Position numbers and translations under genes: made by a program
Shown: positions 51,277 through 64,000 of the stretch, piece after piece
Layout: every line of letters starts with the position of its first letter
How positions within the stretch are numbered: the stretch's first letter is position 1
NCBI RefSeq assembly: GCF_006345805.1
Contig: NC_042999.1
Span: 54,374,001 to 54,438,000 of the forward strand
Direction: 5' to 3'
Origin: Octopus sinensis
Lineage: Eukaryota
DNA length: 64,000 nt
Notes under the pieces: model-generated
What the model saw: the letters and a program-made list of their open reading frames with translations, nothing else
Database searches by the model: none
Told to the model about the DNA's origin: nothing

Positions 51277-52461
51277 ATGATCTTTGACAAAACTCTCTCC
51301 ATTTGTATTTGGTGTTTTAAAAATCTGTTCATATTTGGTACTCTACAAACTGAAATGTTATAACACTCATTTTCTTTATGAATGGTATTGCGAAGCTTAC
51401 TACTCACTGCATTTATATTTGGTACTTTAAATATCAATGTGTTTTAATACTTCTCTCATTTATAGTTGGTGTCCTAATAAACCGAGGAGTAGCACTCACT
51501 CCACGTATATTTTGCTATTCGTAATACCTAAATGTTAAATCAATTATTGCACGTAAATGCGGTATTGTGAAAACCGAGATATTTCAAGAGTCGCTCAATT
51601 TATATTTGCTGTTTTTACATCCGATATTTTTGTGCAAAAATAGCACAAAAATAACGAATAATAACAATGGTAATTTAACAACAATAACAGCAACACAAGC
51701 ATTACTTCTTTGCGCCTTAAAATGACTCCAAGATAAACAATTTTACCACGGCACAATATGAAAAGGAAATGATAATCTTTTGTGGCCGCTGATGTGATCG
51801 CTGCTAAAGTTTATCAATGGGAAATAGGCACGTAATTATCAAAGATCGTCTTCATTAAATCCAAATTAGGGCGGCAATAAACAAATTCCATCTCCACCTT
51901 CTCACCACTCACAAACGTTTCCCTCTCTTCGGCGTTCACATTGCCCCCAGGGGACGCTACCATCTAGATTGAGAAACCCTAATTTAAAGGTTTTGGCAAA
52001 TCTCAATCGCAATATCCGGTCCTCTGCCTCACTCTTTTACAAAATTCGGAAAATAAGAAACGTGGGAAACTGAACAATTTGTTTTGTTTTATTTTCTGCT
52101 CTTCCACCCGACACAACAGTTCTTTCTTGCCATATGGTTTTTAAATGTTCTAATTGTTTTCATACCTTTACACTGTCGAAACCGATCCTGTTCAGGTGTT
52201 GATTTACCATTTTTAATCATATTTGACATTTGATCTTATGTCAGCTAAGAAAATTCCTTAAAAGACACAATGTAGGCTAAAACTAAGCTAAACTTTGAAA
52301 CAAAACGTGTCTAAAATTTGGTTTAGGCAAATATAAACGATACTTGAATGTATTAAAGAAGATAAATGTAACTGAACCAAAGGAGTGAGTAAAGACTACC
52401 AAACAACGAAAGGGTTAATAAAAGACCGTTTTATCAAACGAAAGGATTAGACAACTGTTGT

Positions 52462-52849
52462 GGTGGAAGCACTCCGTCGGTTACGACGACGAGGGTTCCG
52501 GTTGATCCGAATCAACGGAACAGCCTGCTCGTGAAATTAACGTGTAAGTGGCTGAGCACCCCACAGACACGTGTACCCTTAACGTAGTTCTCGGGGATAT
52601 TCAGCGTGACACAGAGAGTGACAAGGCCGGCCCTTTGAAATACAGGTACAACAGAAACAGGAAGTAAGAGTGAGAGAGAAAGTTGTAGTGAAAGAGTACA
52701 GCAGGGATCACCGCCATCCCCTGCCGGAGCCACGTGGAGCTTTTAGGTGTTTTCGCTCAATAAACACTCACAACGCCCGGTCTGGGAATCGAAACCGCGA
52801 TCCTACGACCATGAGTCCGCTGCCCTAACCACTGGGCCATTGCGCCTCC
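52462..52849 (-). mobile_element. Full-length tRNA-derived SINE with a 13-bp TSD
   Basis: Head GGAGGCGCAATGGCCCAGTGGTTAGGGCAGCGGACTC..GGTTTCGATTCCC; TSD AGACAACTGTTGT at 52449-52461 and 52850-52862. Confidence 0.9.
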
Positions 52850-53329
52850 AGACAACTGTTGTAGGGAATCAGTAATAACAGTACACCTCTTCCATGCGAC
52901 GAATGAAATAACCTAGTCATGACAAGTGAAGAGAAGTACGTGGAGCACCGGAGTACGTAGTAGACGGTCAGAGATAGTTGTGGCTTTACTGGTTTTACTA
53001 AACATACTGTATACCAAAGTGGGCGTTATAAAAATCCGACATTAAAAGGTCTGTAAGAAGAAGGATGCTATTGAATAAGTGAAGTACTCTTAAGCCGTGA
53101 TGAGTGTTTATGTGAGTCCACTCTTGTATAGACACTCGTTACTCGGTAGCATAAAGCAGGACTTCGTTTATCTCTAATGCTACTATAGTTAATGCATTTG
53201 GTAAGTGAATAATTTCGGAATGTGCAGCTGATATGGTTATGCTCCAATACGAGTGTTGAGTCCGCTGTGCACATTGAAATTGCCTCATATCAAAATGGTA
53301 CCATGAGCTAAATTATATTATATTCTTTT

Positions 53330-53722
53330 CTACTCTAAGCGCAAGGCCCGAAATTTTGGGGGAGGGGGCCAGTCGATGAGATTGACCCCAGTATGCAACT
53401 GGTACTTAATCTACCGACGCCGAAAGAATCAAAGACAAAGTCGACCTCGGTGGAATTTGAACTCAGAACGTAAAGACAGATGAAATACCTATTTCTTTAC
53501 TACCCACAAGGGGCTAAACACGGAGAGGACAAACAAGGACAGACAAACGGATTAAGTCGATTATATCGACCCCAGTGCGTAACTGGTACTTAATTTATCG
53601 ACCCGAAAGGATGAAAGGCAAAGTCGACCACGGCGGAATTTGAACTCAGAACGTAACGACAGACGAAATACGGCTACGCATTTCGCCCGGCGTGCTAACG
53701 TTTCTGCCAGCTCGCCGCCTTA
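53330..53722 (-). mobile_element. SINE family A, full length
   Basis: Head and two central modules. Confidence 0.9.
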
Positions 53723-54612
53723 GTTAACTTACATATTGAATGGTAAAAATTTAATTAGCAGTTCTGAAAGTAATTTGGAATTATTTAAAAATAAATTTTT
53801 ATAGGCGCGGGTATTGGTGTGTATGGCATGAAGAAGCTTACTTTTCAACCACATAGTTCCGGGTTCAATCCCACTGCGTGGCATCTTGGGCAAGTGTCTT
53901 ATACTATAGCCTCGGGCCCACCAAAGCCTTCTGAGTGGATTTGGTAGATGGAAACTGAAAGAAGCAGCCGTCTATGTGTGTGTGTGTGTGTGCACTAGGA
54001 TGACAAAGATACTCTCTAATCAGAAGTGGGCTTTTTAAGTAGAATTTACCTGCTGGTATTGATGCTGTTTACTAAGTGTATCGATATCTGCAGGAACGAC
54101 AGGTAAACATCGATCTTAAAGTCGTCCTTTGAATGGCGAATTTTGATTTTTTTTAAGCCTTGTTATAGATAGTGTTTCACAGTTAGGTTGGTTCTTTCTC
54201 CACCTGGGTTGTTTTATCAAGAAACATTCGGTTGGTTGCACACAAAACTGAACGAAACACTTCCTTCGTCTGCGGTGAAAGAAAAATAACAAAAGAAGAT
54301 GGAGGGAGATAAGGGTGGGATGGAGGAAATACCGAAGAAGAAGAAGAAGAAGAAGAAGAACAAGAAGAACAAGAAGAAGAACAATAATAATAATAATAAG
54401 AAGAAGAAGAAGAAGAAGAACAAGAAGAAGAGGAAGAAGAAGAACAACAAGAAGAACAAGAACAATAACAACAAAACAATGAAAAACAACGAAAAATAAA
54501 TATAAAAAGAAGTAAGAAAAACAGAGAGAAAAATAAAGGAAATCAGAGGAAATGAAAGAAATGGAATGATAGAGGTGTGTTGAAGGATTAAGAGGCTTTC
54601 ATCTTCTGTTGT

Positions 54613-54660
<48 letters not shown>

Positions 54661-55337
54661 TCTTTCTTTCCTCCCACTTCACACCCCACATCTCCTTGTT
54701 AGTCCTCTCAAATCTCCATACATGCCTGAGTGAATTCAGTTCTACGGTTGACTTACACCGAGACTTGTAAAACTAAATAGGAGCTACTTAAGAAATAACA
54801 AAAATTGGAAGGCTAAAAAACAAAAACCAAAAAAAAAAACTCAAAGCAACCGAGAGGTTTCCTACAAAAACACCCAAAACACCTTCGCCCGGTCACGTAT
54901 TTTGTGAGTATATATTTAGAAGTTTGTTTCATTATTTGTTTGCTTTTTTTTTGCTTTTTTACTTCTTATTCGAATTCTGAAAAAAATTACCTTTTATCCA
55001 TCAGAAGAATTATATAAGGAAAATGTATATTAATTGGTAAAGTCAAAACTATTGAAAAGGTTGCAAGACGCAACGAAAGTTTTAGAAAACTAAAGAAGGA
55101 AATAAGTGGAAATTTAACCGGTGAGTGTGTTAAATTATAAGACATTAAAAGAGAATGACTCTCCCCAGAGACAACAGTATATGCTTCAACACAAGAACTC
55201 ACATAAAGAATCTTGCAAACCAAATCTCAAAATGATATATATATACATATATATATATGATAAAACTTACTTGGAAATGGATGCCTGGCGTTCGATCATA
55301 TAATATAAATAATATATATGTATACATATATATCATA

Positions 55338-55985
55338 TTTTTTTTATTATGGCCGTCCACTCGTGACCGAAGAAGACCATTGCCGACCTTCAGGAACATT
55401 GTGCGCTCTAGGACTAACTTATATTTTACATTTGCGGCTCCGTTGGTGGCTAATGAGCCCTGCTCTTGACAAGCATACACGACTGCAAACATGGCAGACC
55501 AAGCTTTCCCCATTCACTATACGAGCCGTGCGCTTTCGTGTAGCTCGCTTAAGTTCTTCATGCTGGATACGTGCTCTCTCAAAAGTGTCGATCCCCTCCT
55601 TAACCTGCTTCCTCCATCTGTGGCGATGACAGGCATTGTTCTCCCAGTCAGTGTCTTGCATATCACAGGCCTTTAATGAGGACTTGACACAGTCCTTAAA
55701 TCGCAGCCTTGGTTTCTGTCGGAGTCTCCTTCCATTCACAAGTTCTCCATAGAGCATCTGCTTAGGAATCCTTCTATCCTTCATTCTAATGAGTCGTCCA
55801 GTCCAACGCAACCGGTGCTTGTGCACCATCGCCTCAATACTCAAGATATCAGCTGTCCTCAGGATCTGTGTGTCTGGAATTTTTGAGGTCCAGCCAATAT
55901 TTAGAATGTGTCTGAGACATTTCTGATGAAAACGTTCAAGGACCCTTACCTGACGTTTGTACAGAGTCCATGTCTCATATGAGTA
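55338..55985 (-). mobile_element. 5'-truncated RTE-clade LINE with 3' UTR and A-rich tail
   Basis: The 3' UTR ends ..GGTCTTCTTCGGTCACGAGTGGACGGCCATAATAAAAAAAA. Confidence 0.9.
55419..55985 (-). CDS. RTE ORF C-terminal region (uninterrupted, truncated)
   Basis: YETWTLY..LERFHQKCLRHIL..RLRWTGRLIRMKDRRIPKQMLYGELVNGRR..KPRLRFKDCVK..CHVCSRVCLSRAGLISHQR. Confidence 0.9.
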   Translation of the reverse strand, partial: YSYETWTLYKRQVRVLERFHQKCLRHILNIGWTSKIPDTQILRTADILSIEAMVHKHRLRWTGRLIRMKDRRIPKQMLYGELVNGRRLRQKPRLRFKDCVKSSLKACDMQDTDWENNACHRHRWRKQVKEGIDTFERARIQHEELKRATRKRTARIVNGESLVCHVCSRVCLSRAGLISHQRSRKCKI

Positions 55986-56034
55986 ATACATATACGTATA
56001 TACCTACATATATATATGTGTGTGTGTATATACA

Positions 56035-56399
56035 TGCATATATGTGTACAGGACGTCAAAAAAAAAACGTGAACAAAATTAAAAAAGAGAAGATAAAAAG
56101 ACAAAAACCTGGAAAACGAACTTTTTTTTTAACAAACGAGACAGGCAATATAAAGAACAATCCCTTCATCAGTTGTCACCTGTTTTATCTACTCCGCATT
56201 TCGGTCGTTGGGACAAGATGCGACTTCGTTAAAAGAGGAGACAACTGATGAAGAGATTGTTCTTTATGTTGCCTGTCTCGTTTCTTTATTGTTTCTTTGG
56301 TTTTTCTGAAAAAAGGTCGTTTTCCATGTTTTTGTTTCTTTTATGTTCTCGTTTTTCATTTTGTTCACGTTTTGTTTTATGTCCTGTAACCCACATATG

Positions 56400-56400
<1 letters not shown>
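56035..56400. repeat. PLE-derived palindrome (arms about 56035-56180 and 56238-56400)
   Basis: GACAGGCAATATAAAGAACAATCCCTTCATCAGTTGTC vs GACAACTGATGAAGAGATTGTTCTTTATGTTGCCTGTC. Confidence 0.85.
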
Positions 56401-56475
<75 letters not shown>

Positions 56476-56574
56476 GATGGGAAAGTTTACGAAAATAAAC
56501 AAAAGACGAAGGCAGGTGGAGTACAAACAAACAAATGTATTAGTATAGCGCTCAGGAATAGAAATAGAAAAAGT

Positions 56575-56610
56575 CTTTTACGTTTCGAGCCTACGCTCTT
56601 CGACAGAAAG
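56575..56610 (-). ncRNA. Type-I hammerhead motif, variant core CUGUCGA, in a PLE terminal repeat (about 56474-56640)
   Basis: Minus strand: cttt-CTGTCGA-A-GAGC-gtag-GCTC-GAAAC-GTA-aaag. Confidence 0.7.
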
Positions 56611-56808
56611 ATACACAGAAAAAAACAAGGAGAGAAATCCTATATTCTACCACTACCAACTGTTACCTTTCCTCGGCGGACACTACTACCTCTCCATTGG
56701 ATTTCTTTACCTCTAAGGATACCTACCCTCTGGCTGCACCTCTCCTACACGGATCAAAATGGCTTTGTTGTTATATATATATTATATATATTATATATAT
56801 TATATAGG

Positions 56809-56870
<62 letters not shown>

Positions 56871-57614
56871 TAGCTATAGATATAGCTATAGATATAGATA
56901 AATTAAATAGAGAGATACTATTGACAATCCAATAATTTATAATTGCATTCTACCCATATTTATATGGTATTCAGTGAATTGGATGTTTCACACAAGCCTT
57001 TGAAAGATCTCTTTTTCTCAATTTGTTACCTTATATATACAATGACATGTAACTGTAAGATCCAAAGATCTGGGTGTAGGAAGTTAGCATGCATCGAGCA
57101 GTCCGTAGTAGGTGTAAAATCAACTTTTGAGAACAATAATAGTTTATTGGATTCGAAGTTTACAGGTTTGTCCCATATCGAAGTTCGGTAAACTGAACAA
57201 AGTTATTTGATAGTTCACGATTACCAACTAGGGTTGCTATGAATAAAAATAAAAATAAAAATTGAGCGAATGGAGCAGGTAAAATCCAGGCCACATATAT
57301 TTCCTAGCTAGCAGAACCTCGGAAGTGGTAATTACACAACACGGAGTACTCCACTACCTACTCACCATGCCGAATATACCTTAGTTATATGAAAACTACA
57401 TTGTCGTTAAGGAATCGGTCATAAGAAAACCGCTTATGGCAATGACTAAGGAAAATAGTCCTCGACTGAGGATAGACGACTCTGAATGACCCGTCTTTGT
57501 ATACTTTGTATCGTCTATCTGGATGTTTTGTTGTCCCTTTTTGTATCACCTAGCTGTCCGGATGTTTTGAGTTCTTGTCCCATTTTCATATTATATATAT
57601 ATACACTTTACTCT

Positions 57615-57985
57615 CTTTTACTCTTTTACTTGTTTCAGTCGTTTGACTGCGGCCATGCTGGAGCACCGCTTTTAGTCGAGCAAATCGACCCCAGGACTTA
57701 TTCTTTGTAAGCCTAGTACTTATTCTATCGATCTCTTTTTGCCGAACTGCTAAGTTACGGGGATGTAAACACAAGCGATGTTGGGGGACACACATATATG
57801 TGTATATATATATATATATATATACGACGGGCTTCTTTCAGTTTCCGTCTACCAAATCCACTCACAAGGCTTTGGTCGGCCCGAGGCTATAGTAGAAGAC
57901 ACTTGCCCAAGGTGCCATGTAGTGGGACTGACCCAGATCCATGTGGCTGTTAAGCAAGCTACTTACCGCACAGCCACTCCCGCAC
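57615..57985 (-). mobile_element. SINE family B, full length
   Basis: Both halves plus tail ACTCTTTTACTCTTTT. Confidence 0.9.
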
Positions 57986-57989
57986 CTTA

Positions 57990-58110
<121 letters not shown>

Positions 58111-58119
58111 CATATCTAT

Positions 58120-58154
<35 letters not shown>

Positions 58155-59313
58155 CTATATATATATATGCACATATACGTATATGTATATGTGTATATAT
58201 GTATATCTATCTATTCCTTTATATATATATATATGACTAGTTAGTATATTGAGTACAATGTATAGGTAGTAGGTAGTACAATGGATACGATGTGTACAAT
58301 GTTCGTGTGTTAGTATCTTCTATTTACTTTTAATGAAGTATGTGTGAACGAACATAATGTAGTGAGTGTGAGATTGTTTTAATTAAAATTACGGCCGTAG
58401 TAGTGATAATTAATCATTGACTAAATTAATAATTCTGATAAAGTATGTCAGGGAAAATTCATTACTAGTCTATAAAGGGCTATGCCCCTATCAATGTGTC
58501 ATTCTTTTAAGGCTTTGATAGGTGGAAGATATAGTAGTTGCTCTTTCTAACACGTAGAAATACCACATATAGTTTTCTTTATTGGCTGCCGATGTTCTAA
58601 GCTTGCTGGGATGAAAGACAAAGTGTAATTTTAATTCCACAATGATATTCTGTACGCCTCTGGGGATATCTCAGAATCATAAAATATGGCGGCCTTTTGT
58701 CAACGAAACTGACTGGAGGTTAAAATATTGTTTAATCTGTTGTAAGTTGTTATTTAATTCAATTAAATCCCCTTAAACTGGTTATAACATAATGTTAACA
58801 ATAACACACAAAATGAATAACCAATAAAAAATTAAACAAAATAATTACGGTTTTTAAGATAACAAAAGAAAGGGGACACAACCAGTATGTGTGTATCTAA
58901 TGCGGGTATTTAACATTGAACAATTGAAGCAAGTGACACACAGCCTCAAAGAAAAAGTTTTCAAAACTTCACATTTTTTCCTCTTGTTTGCTTAGTTATA
59001 GGTTAATTATTTTCAAATGTTAGTTAAAGACATTTGTAGTTAAATAAACAAATTTCCTTTCAAAATAAAATAGAAGACGACTGTATTTAACATTCTTCTG
59101 CTGTCTGGACTGGAAGATGGCCAGAAAGAAAATTGAATTTTTAATCTATTAATTCTCACCACATTAAGTATTTCTTTATGTCATAACCGTCTTGTTTGTT
59201 AAACCAGCGTTTCCTGTACCGAGGCTACCTTCGAGGGGTGGAAAGCCGTGAGGATTGAAAAGGCGCTACAAAGTGGTTACGTAAGAATATAGGAACTTCG
59301 AGAGATATGAAAC

Positions 59314-60558
59314 CATCAGGCTGAGTAAAAAGTAAACAACGTTTTGAAACATGAAATTCATCGCAATATATCTCAACAATGCGGAAGTTTTATTCATCAA
59401 AGTAAGTACCATTACGATGAACAGATTTTTGCCAACGAGTTACAAGTTTGTTTATTCCGCTAACATAAAAATCTGGATTTCTGGAGCTGTTGCACTTTCA
59501 GCATCGGTTTGATTTTTGAACTCCTTCTCTCGCAGGAAAACGGTGCCTGAAAAAGTGGTAGTCGGTAAGAGAAAGGTCTTGGGAATAAGCTGAGTGGGGA
59601 AGAACTTCGTAGCCAAGTTCCCTCAACTTCTGGAGCGTCATTAGTGAAAAGTGTGGTCGAGCATTGTCATGACCAGTCTGGGACGGAAGAGTACCAGCTT
59701 TTCGTTCATTTTGGCAATTTCATGGCAATAGGTTTCTGCAGTAATGGTTGTTTCCAGGTTTTAGGAAGTTATAAATGATGAGTCTTGCAGTACACCACCA
59801 AACAGTCACAATAACCTTCTTTTTGAAGAGCTTGGTTTTAGGGAAAGTTTTCGGTGCTTCATTTTGGTTCAACCACTGCGAAGAACGTTTCTTATTATTG
59901 TACAGAATCCACTTTTCATTGCAAGTTACAATACGGTCAAGAAATGGATCGGTCTGGTTACGGAGAAGAAGCAACGAGCAAATTTCATTTCTACGCATTT
60001 TTTGATTTTCATTCAAATCGTGTGGTACCGATTTATCGAGCTTTTCTTTTTATTTTCCGATCGCATGCAAATGGTTGTAGGAAGTTTTCTGGCTAACTTG
60101 GAGTTCTTTTGCCAGTTCTCGAGTGGTTTTACGTGGATCTTTCTCAATGAAGGCATTTAATTGACTGTCATCGATGACAGAAGGCCGCTCACGATCTTCA
60201 AGGGTCAGGTTTCCACTGCGAAATCGTTGAAACCATTTTTGAGCTGACCACTCACTGGTCATTTCCTCACCAAACATTTCGTTGATATCGCGAGCAGTTT
60301 CAGCTGCTTTACGTCCTTTTTGGCAGTTGAATTGCAAAATTTCTCGAATATCGCTCTTTGAGTGTTCCATCTTACATGATTGTAACAACGGTGAAAAAAA
60401 TATCGTTGTTAATTTATTGATGCATTTGGGCAATTCTATATCTGTATTGTCAGAAAATTTTAAATAAAAAAACATTTAAAAAAAATTCAAAACTCTGCAA
60501 AAATCAGTACAAATTCTTCATCGTTCAAAACGTTGTTTACTTCTTACTGAACGTGATA
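59314..60558 (-). mobile_element. Full-length decayed mariner (DD34D) transposon
   Basis: Imperfect TIRs (..AGTAAAAAGTAAACAACGTTTTGAA at 59314; reverse complement at 60523-60558); transposase remnant IREILQF..SAQKWFQRFRSG..RKTTRELAKEL..FLDRIVTCNEKWILYNN..HDNARP..YSQDLSLTDYHFF with frameshifts. Confidence 0.9.
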
Positions 60559-61471
60559 CTTTTAATAGGGGAAGATTTATAGTTTTATCTACTTCGAGTT
60601 CCTGCCGATAAAAATAATTTACCTCATATTACTGTCATTTTTCTTCGTTATTTAGACATAAAGTAAAGAAAAAACATTATGAGGAAATACAGAATTTGAA
60701 GCATAAAAAAGAAAAAAGATCAATAAAGACAAAAACAAGATAAAATAGCAAAAACAAAACCATCTACATCACAAAATGTCGAATGGTCAATACCGCAACA
60801 CCGCTAAATTAAATCCGACCAGACAAAACAACAACATCGCTAGCGCAATACACTATACACTCTCAAGATACCGCTTCTTCGCTCTCATCCAGACTGGTTA
60901 GTGGTCAGTCTTTATTTATATCTGATATCTATTTACAAACGATGGCTTAAGTTCGTAAGAACAGCTTTGGCCTAAGGTCCAGTGCCATATTCGACATTGA
61001 TATTGAAGAGGAGATCATTAGGTCAACATTCGTCCCATTCTGGTGACGACAGGCTCGAACACTGAAACACCCGCATCTCTTTTTATTACAATCATACACA
61101 TTGCTACAGTAAAAAAAACGATATGTAAAATATTCACTACCTGAATATTTCATTCATTTTATTTTAAAAACAACAAATGATTACGGCGACAACACGAACA
61201 CGACCAGCGCTAACAACTGTAACATCACTAGGTCTTAGTAAAACCAATCATGTTAAAATTTGAGGAAATGCCAATGTGGAAGTAACTAGTTGGAAGTACG
61301 ACTCGATGATACAGTTTCTTCAAGCGGAAGTAATCTAAAATATTCCATTTCCTGTCTAATTCTATGTCACTGGTTGACACTGCTGAAATTATTTTCAAAT
61401 TCAATCCAGCATCTTGAAATCCTACCACCACCACCACCACCACCACCACCACCACATAAACACATCGAAAC

Positions 61472-61506
<35 letters not shown>

Positions 61507-61649
61507 TTTGTGTTTATGTGACTTTCTGTGCGTGAGTATATATAGACAGATAGATTGATAGATGGGTAGATGAATGGATGGGTGGATAAATAGAGACATA
61601 TATGCATACAGACAGACAGACAGTCAGAGAATCAGATAGATAGCTCGCG

Positions 61650-61651
61650 AC

Positions 61652-61721
<70 letters not shown>

Positions 61722-61736
61722 GATAGATAGATAGAC

Positions 61737-61819
<83 letters not shown>

Positions 61820-61820
61820 C
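61650..61820 (+). repeat. (GATA)n microsatellite (others near 4800, 11620, 17915, 20555, 42430 and 56810)
   Basis: Directly visible. Confidence 0.95.
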
Positions 61821-62809
61821 TGAGAGGTTGTTAATGTAGCTATTTCTGTGTGTGTTCGTTTCGTCTGTTAAGTTGAAAGAGAGAGAGAGAGAGAGAGGAG
61901 GAGGAGAGAGAAAGAGAGAGAGACAGATAGAGAGAGAGAGAGAGAAATATTGTACTTTAAGAATTTCAAGCTGTAGTAGAATTGTGTAGACATGTCAGTT
62001 GATTGGGTGGGGATTGTGCATATAGCAATAGACACTTCGATATATGGAACTTACAGCAACAATATCCTTGTATCCGCATGCGTGTCCAGTTGGTCTTCCT
62101 TTAGTTTATTGCTTATATATGATGGATGTCAACTCATTAGACGAACATGACTATCATTGATGCCTCATCAATGCCCGTGCAATTGCTTTATGTCAAATGC
62201 AGCTTCCTCAACACCAAAAAAGCTTTCACTAGCAATACCAAAAAGCCCAGAGACAACCAAAGTTCAAAGTGTCTGACTCTGCTGAAAAAAAAAGCATATT
62301 TATCCTTTTCTATTCGATTTCAATAATAAACATTTTATTTTATTTATTATTTTTTGAAACTATAATATCAAATGCGAATGTGTATGAAATATCAAGGAAT
62401 GATGTGGATGGGAAATGCAAAAAAAGAGAAAAAGTTTTCAAAACAGTCAATATTTTTGTAGTTCAAAAATTGCATTTTATGCCATAAAATGTCGTCTAGA
62501 ATTAGCCAGAGCTAATAATGACAGACTTTAACTTATAAATATTGTTAAGCACACCTCTGCAAAGGCAATGCACATAAGCAATTCACTTGAGATACAACGT
62601 TTAGAAAGACTGTTTTTAGCAGATCCCCAAATGGGGCTCATTGCAGGCAAAGGGTTAAGGACATGTTGATTGTTCTGTGTAGATGTTGATAACGTAGAAC
62701 GTAATTAAACCCCTTATTCGTTGCTCGGATGGGTCGTTTTTGTTTATGTTTTTTTGAAAATATCATTTAATATTTCTGTACAGGTTTAAGGCAACGGGCC
62801 GTATTTAGC

Positions 62810-63003
62810 AAGCAGGGCAAAATGCTTAACGGTATTTCATCAGTCTTTATGTTCTGAGTTCAAATTCCAACGAAGTCGACTTGCCTTTCATCCTTTTGGA
62901 ATCGATAAAATAAGTACCAGTTACACACTGGGGTTCGATGTAATCGACTTACCTACTCCCCCGAAATTGCTGGCCTTGTGCCAAAATTTGAAACCAATAT
63001 TTC
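62810..63003 (+). mobile_element. SINE family A
   Basis: GTTCTGAGTTCAAATTCC..GTCGACTTGCCTTTCATCC..AAGTACCAG..GGCCTTGTGCCAAAATTTGAAACC. Confidence 0.85.
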
Positions 63004-64000
63004 TGTATAGGTTCTGTGAGCAATACGGCGATATCTGTACTCCTTTGTACCAGGATGAGTGGTATGTACAAAAGTCTGCTCCAGAAATGGTATCCAAATC
63101 TGATAGAATTATATTTAAATTATTCTTCAAGATATTTCTTGAACAATGAAATTTCATAGATTATCTACTCTGGGATGTTTTAAATTTGAAACAGAATTTG
63201 AATAATATTTAATTCTGAAGAATCAACCATTGAGGTCACGTCACTGAACTTTACTATTCTCTGAAGTGGATGACTATTCTCGGTATTTATTTTAGACGAA
63301 CCAAATCCACGTACAATTAAAGAATTACTGCTGGATCATCAGTCTCATCTAATAACTCTGAGCTTCAAATATTAAGAGGAACCAACCGAATTTGGAATAT
63401 TAGAGCCAGTGGAATTAAAATTCATTACTAAAATACTATTGATCTACTTAATTAGTGCATTTGATTAAAGTTCTTTTGTGTGATTGTACATAACTCTATG
63501 TGCTCGTAAAACTAAATATTCACAGGAAATAAAGGGAACTTCTTAGAAGCAAAGTAGAAAGATGATTAGCCTTTATCGATTTCAGGCACAAAGGGCAGCT
63601 AACCAAATGGCAGGATGTATGTAGACTCACATTTCTTAACGGTATCCTTTTGAAGATGAACCGTAATGCCTGAAATATGCAAAAGTGACTCAGCCTTCCT
63701 ATTCGCATTGTAAGAAGCTTGACACTTTTTCATTTTGTTTGTTAGTCTACTTCTGTACCACAATGTTTCAAGCAACCCTTAACTTTCTTTAAACATTCAC
63801 TTATTTTTCTTCTTTATATTCTTGTACACTTTTACTTAGTATCACGTACAGAAGAGGAATCTCCAGTCATGTTGAGGGGGTTGATGGATCTGCTACAAAT
63901 AACAGCTGATTGTAGAACACATCACTTCTATCGTCCATAACGAAATAATAAATTAATTTGGAGCAGTTTGGGTGAAGCATTGTATGATATTAAATTAGAT

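Noticed and set aside
63280-63430. Possible Helitron-like or exon-like peptide (DEPNPRTIKELLL..ASGIKI)
   Set aside because: It needs a frameshift and the motif match is too weak to support.

Overview
This is AT-rich eukaryotic genomic DNA, most likely from an octopus. That assignment is inferred from the tRNA-derived SINE families and the extreme density of (TA)n, (CA)n, (TACA)n and (GATA)n microsatellites. There is one 100-N assembly gap at 13464-13563. I could not identify any host protein-coding gene. Most ORF-track entries are translations of microsatellites, and the recognisable coding stretches are all transposon-derived: Penelope-like elements (PLE; GIY-YIG and RT remnants, plus one uninterrupted GIY-YIG frame at 46932-47571), CR1-like, RTE, R4/Dong and probable L1/Tx1 LINE fragments, a decayed full-length mariner, a Tc1/mariner 5' end and a Chapaev-type transposase 5' end. 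A few candidate exons with good splice signals but no recognisable product are listed at low confidence. The most notable signal is that PLE termini throughout the window carry minimal type-I hammerhead ribozyme (HHR) motifs, often within fold-back palindromes. One family has a consistent non-canonical core (CUG-U-N-GA instead of CUG-A-N-GA) in three independent copies, and one of these sits downstream of the intact GIY-YIG frame. Repeat boundaries are approximate and were read by eye; no database searches were run.
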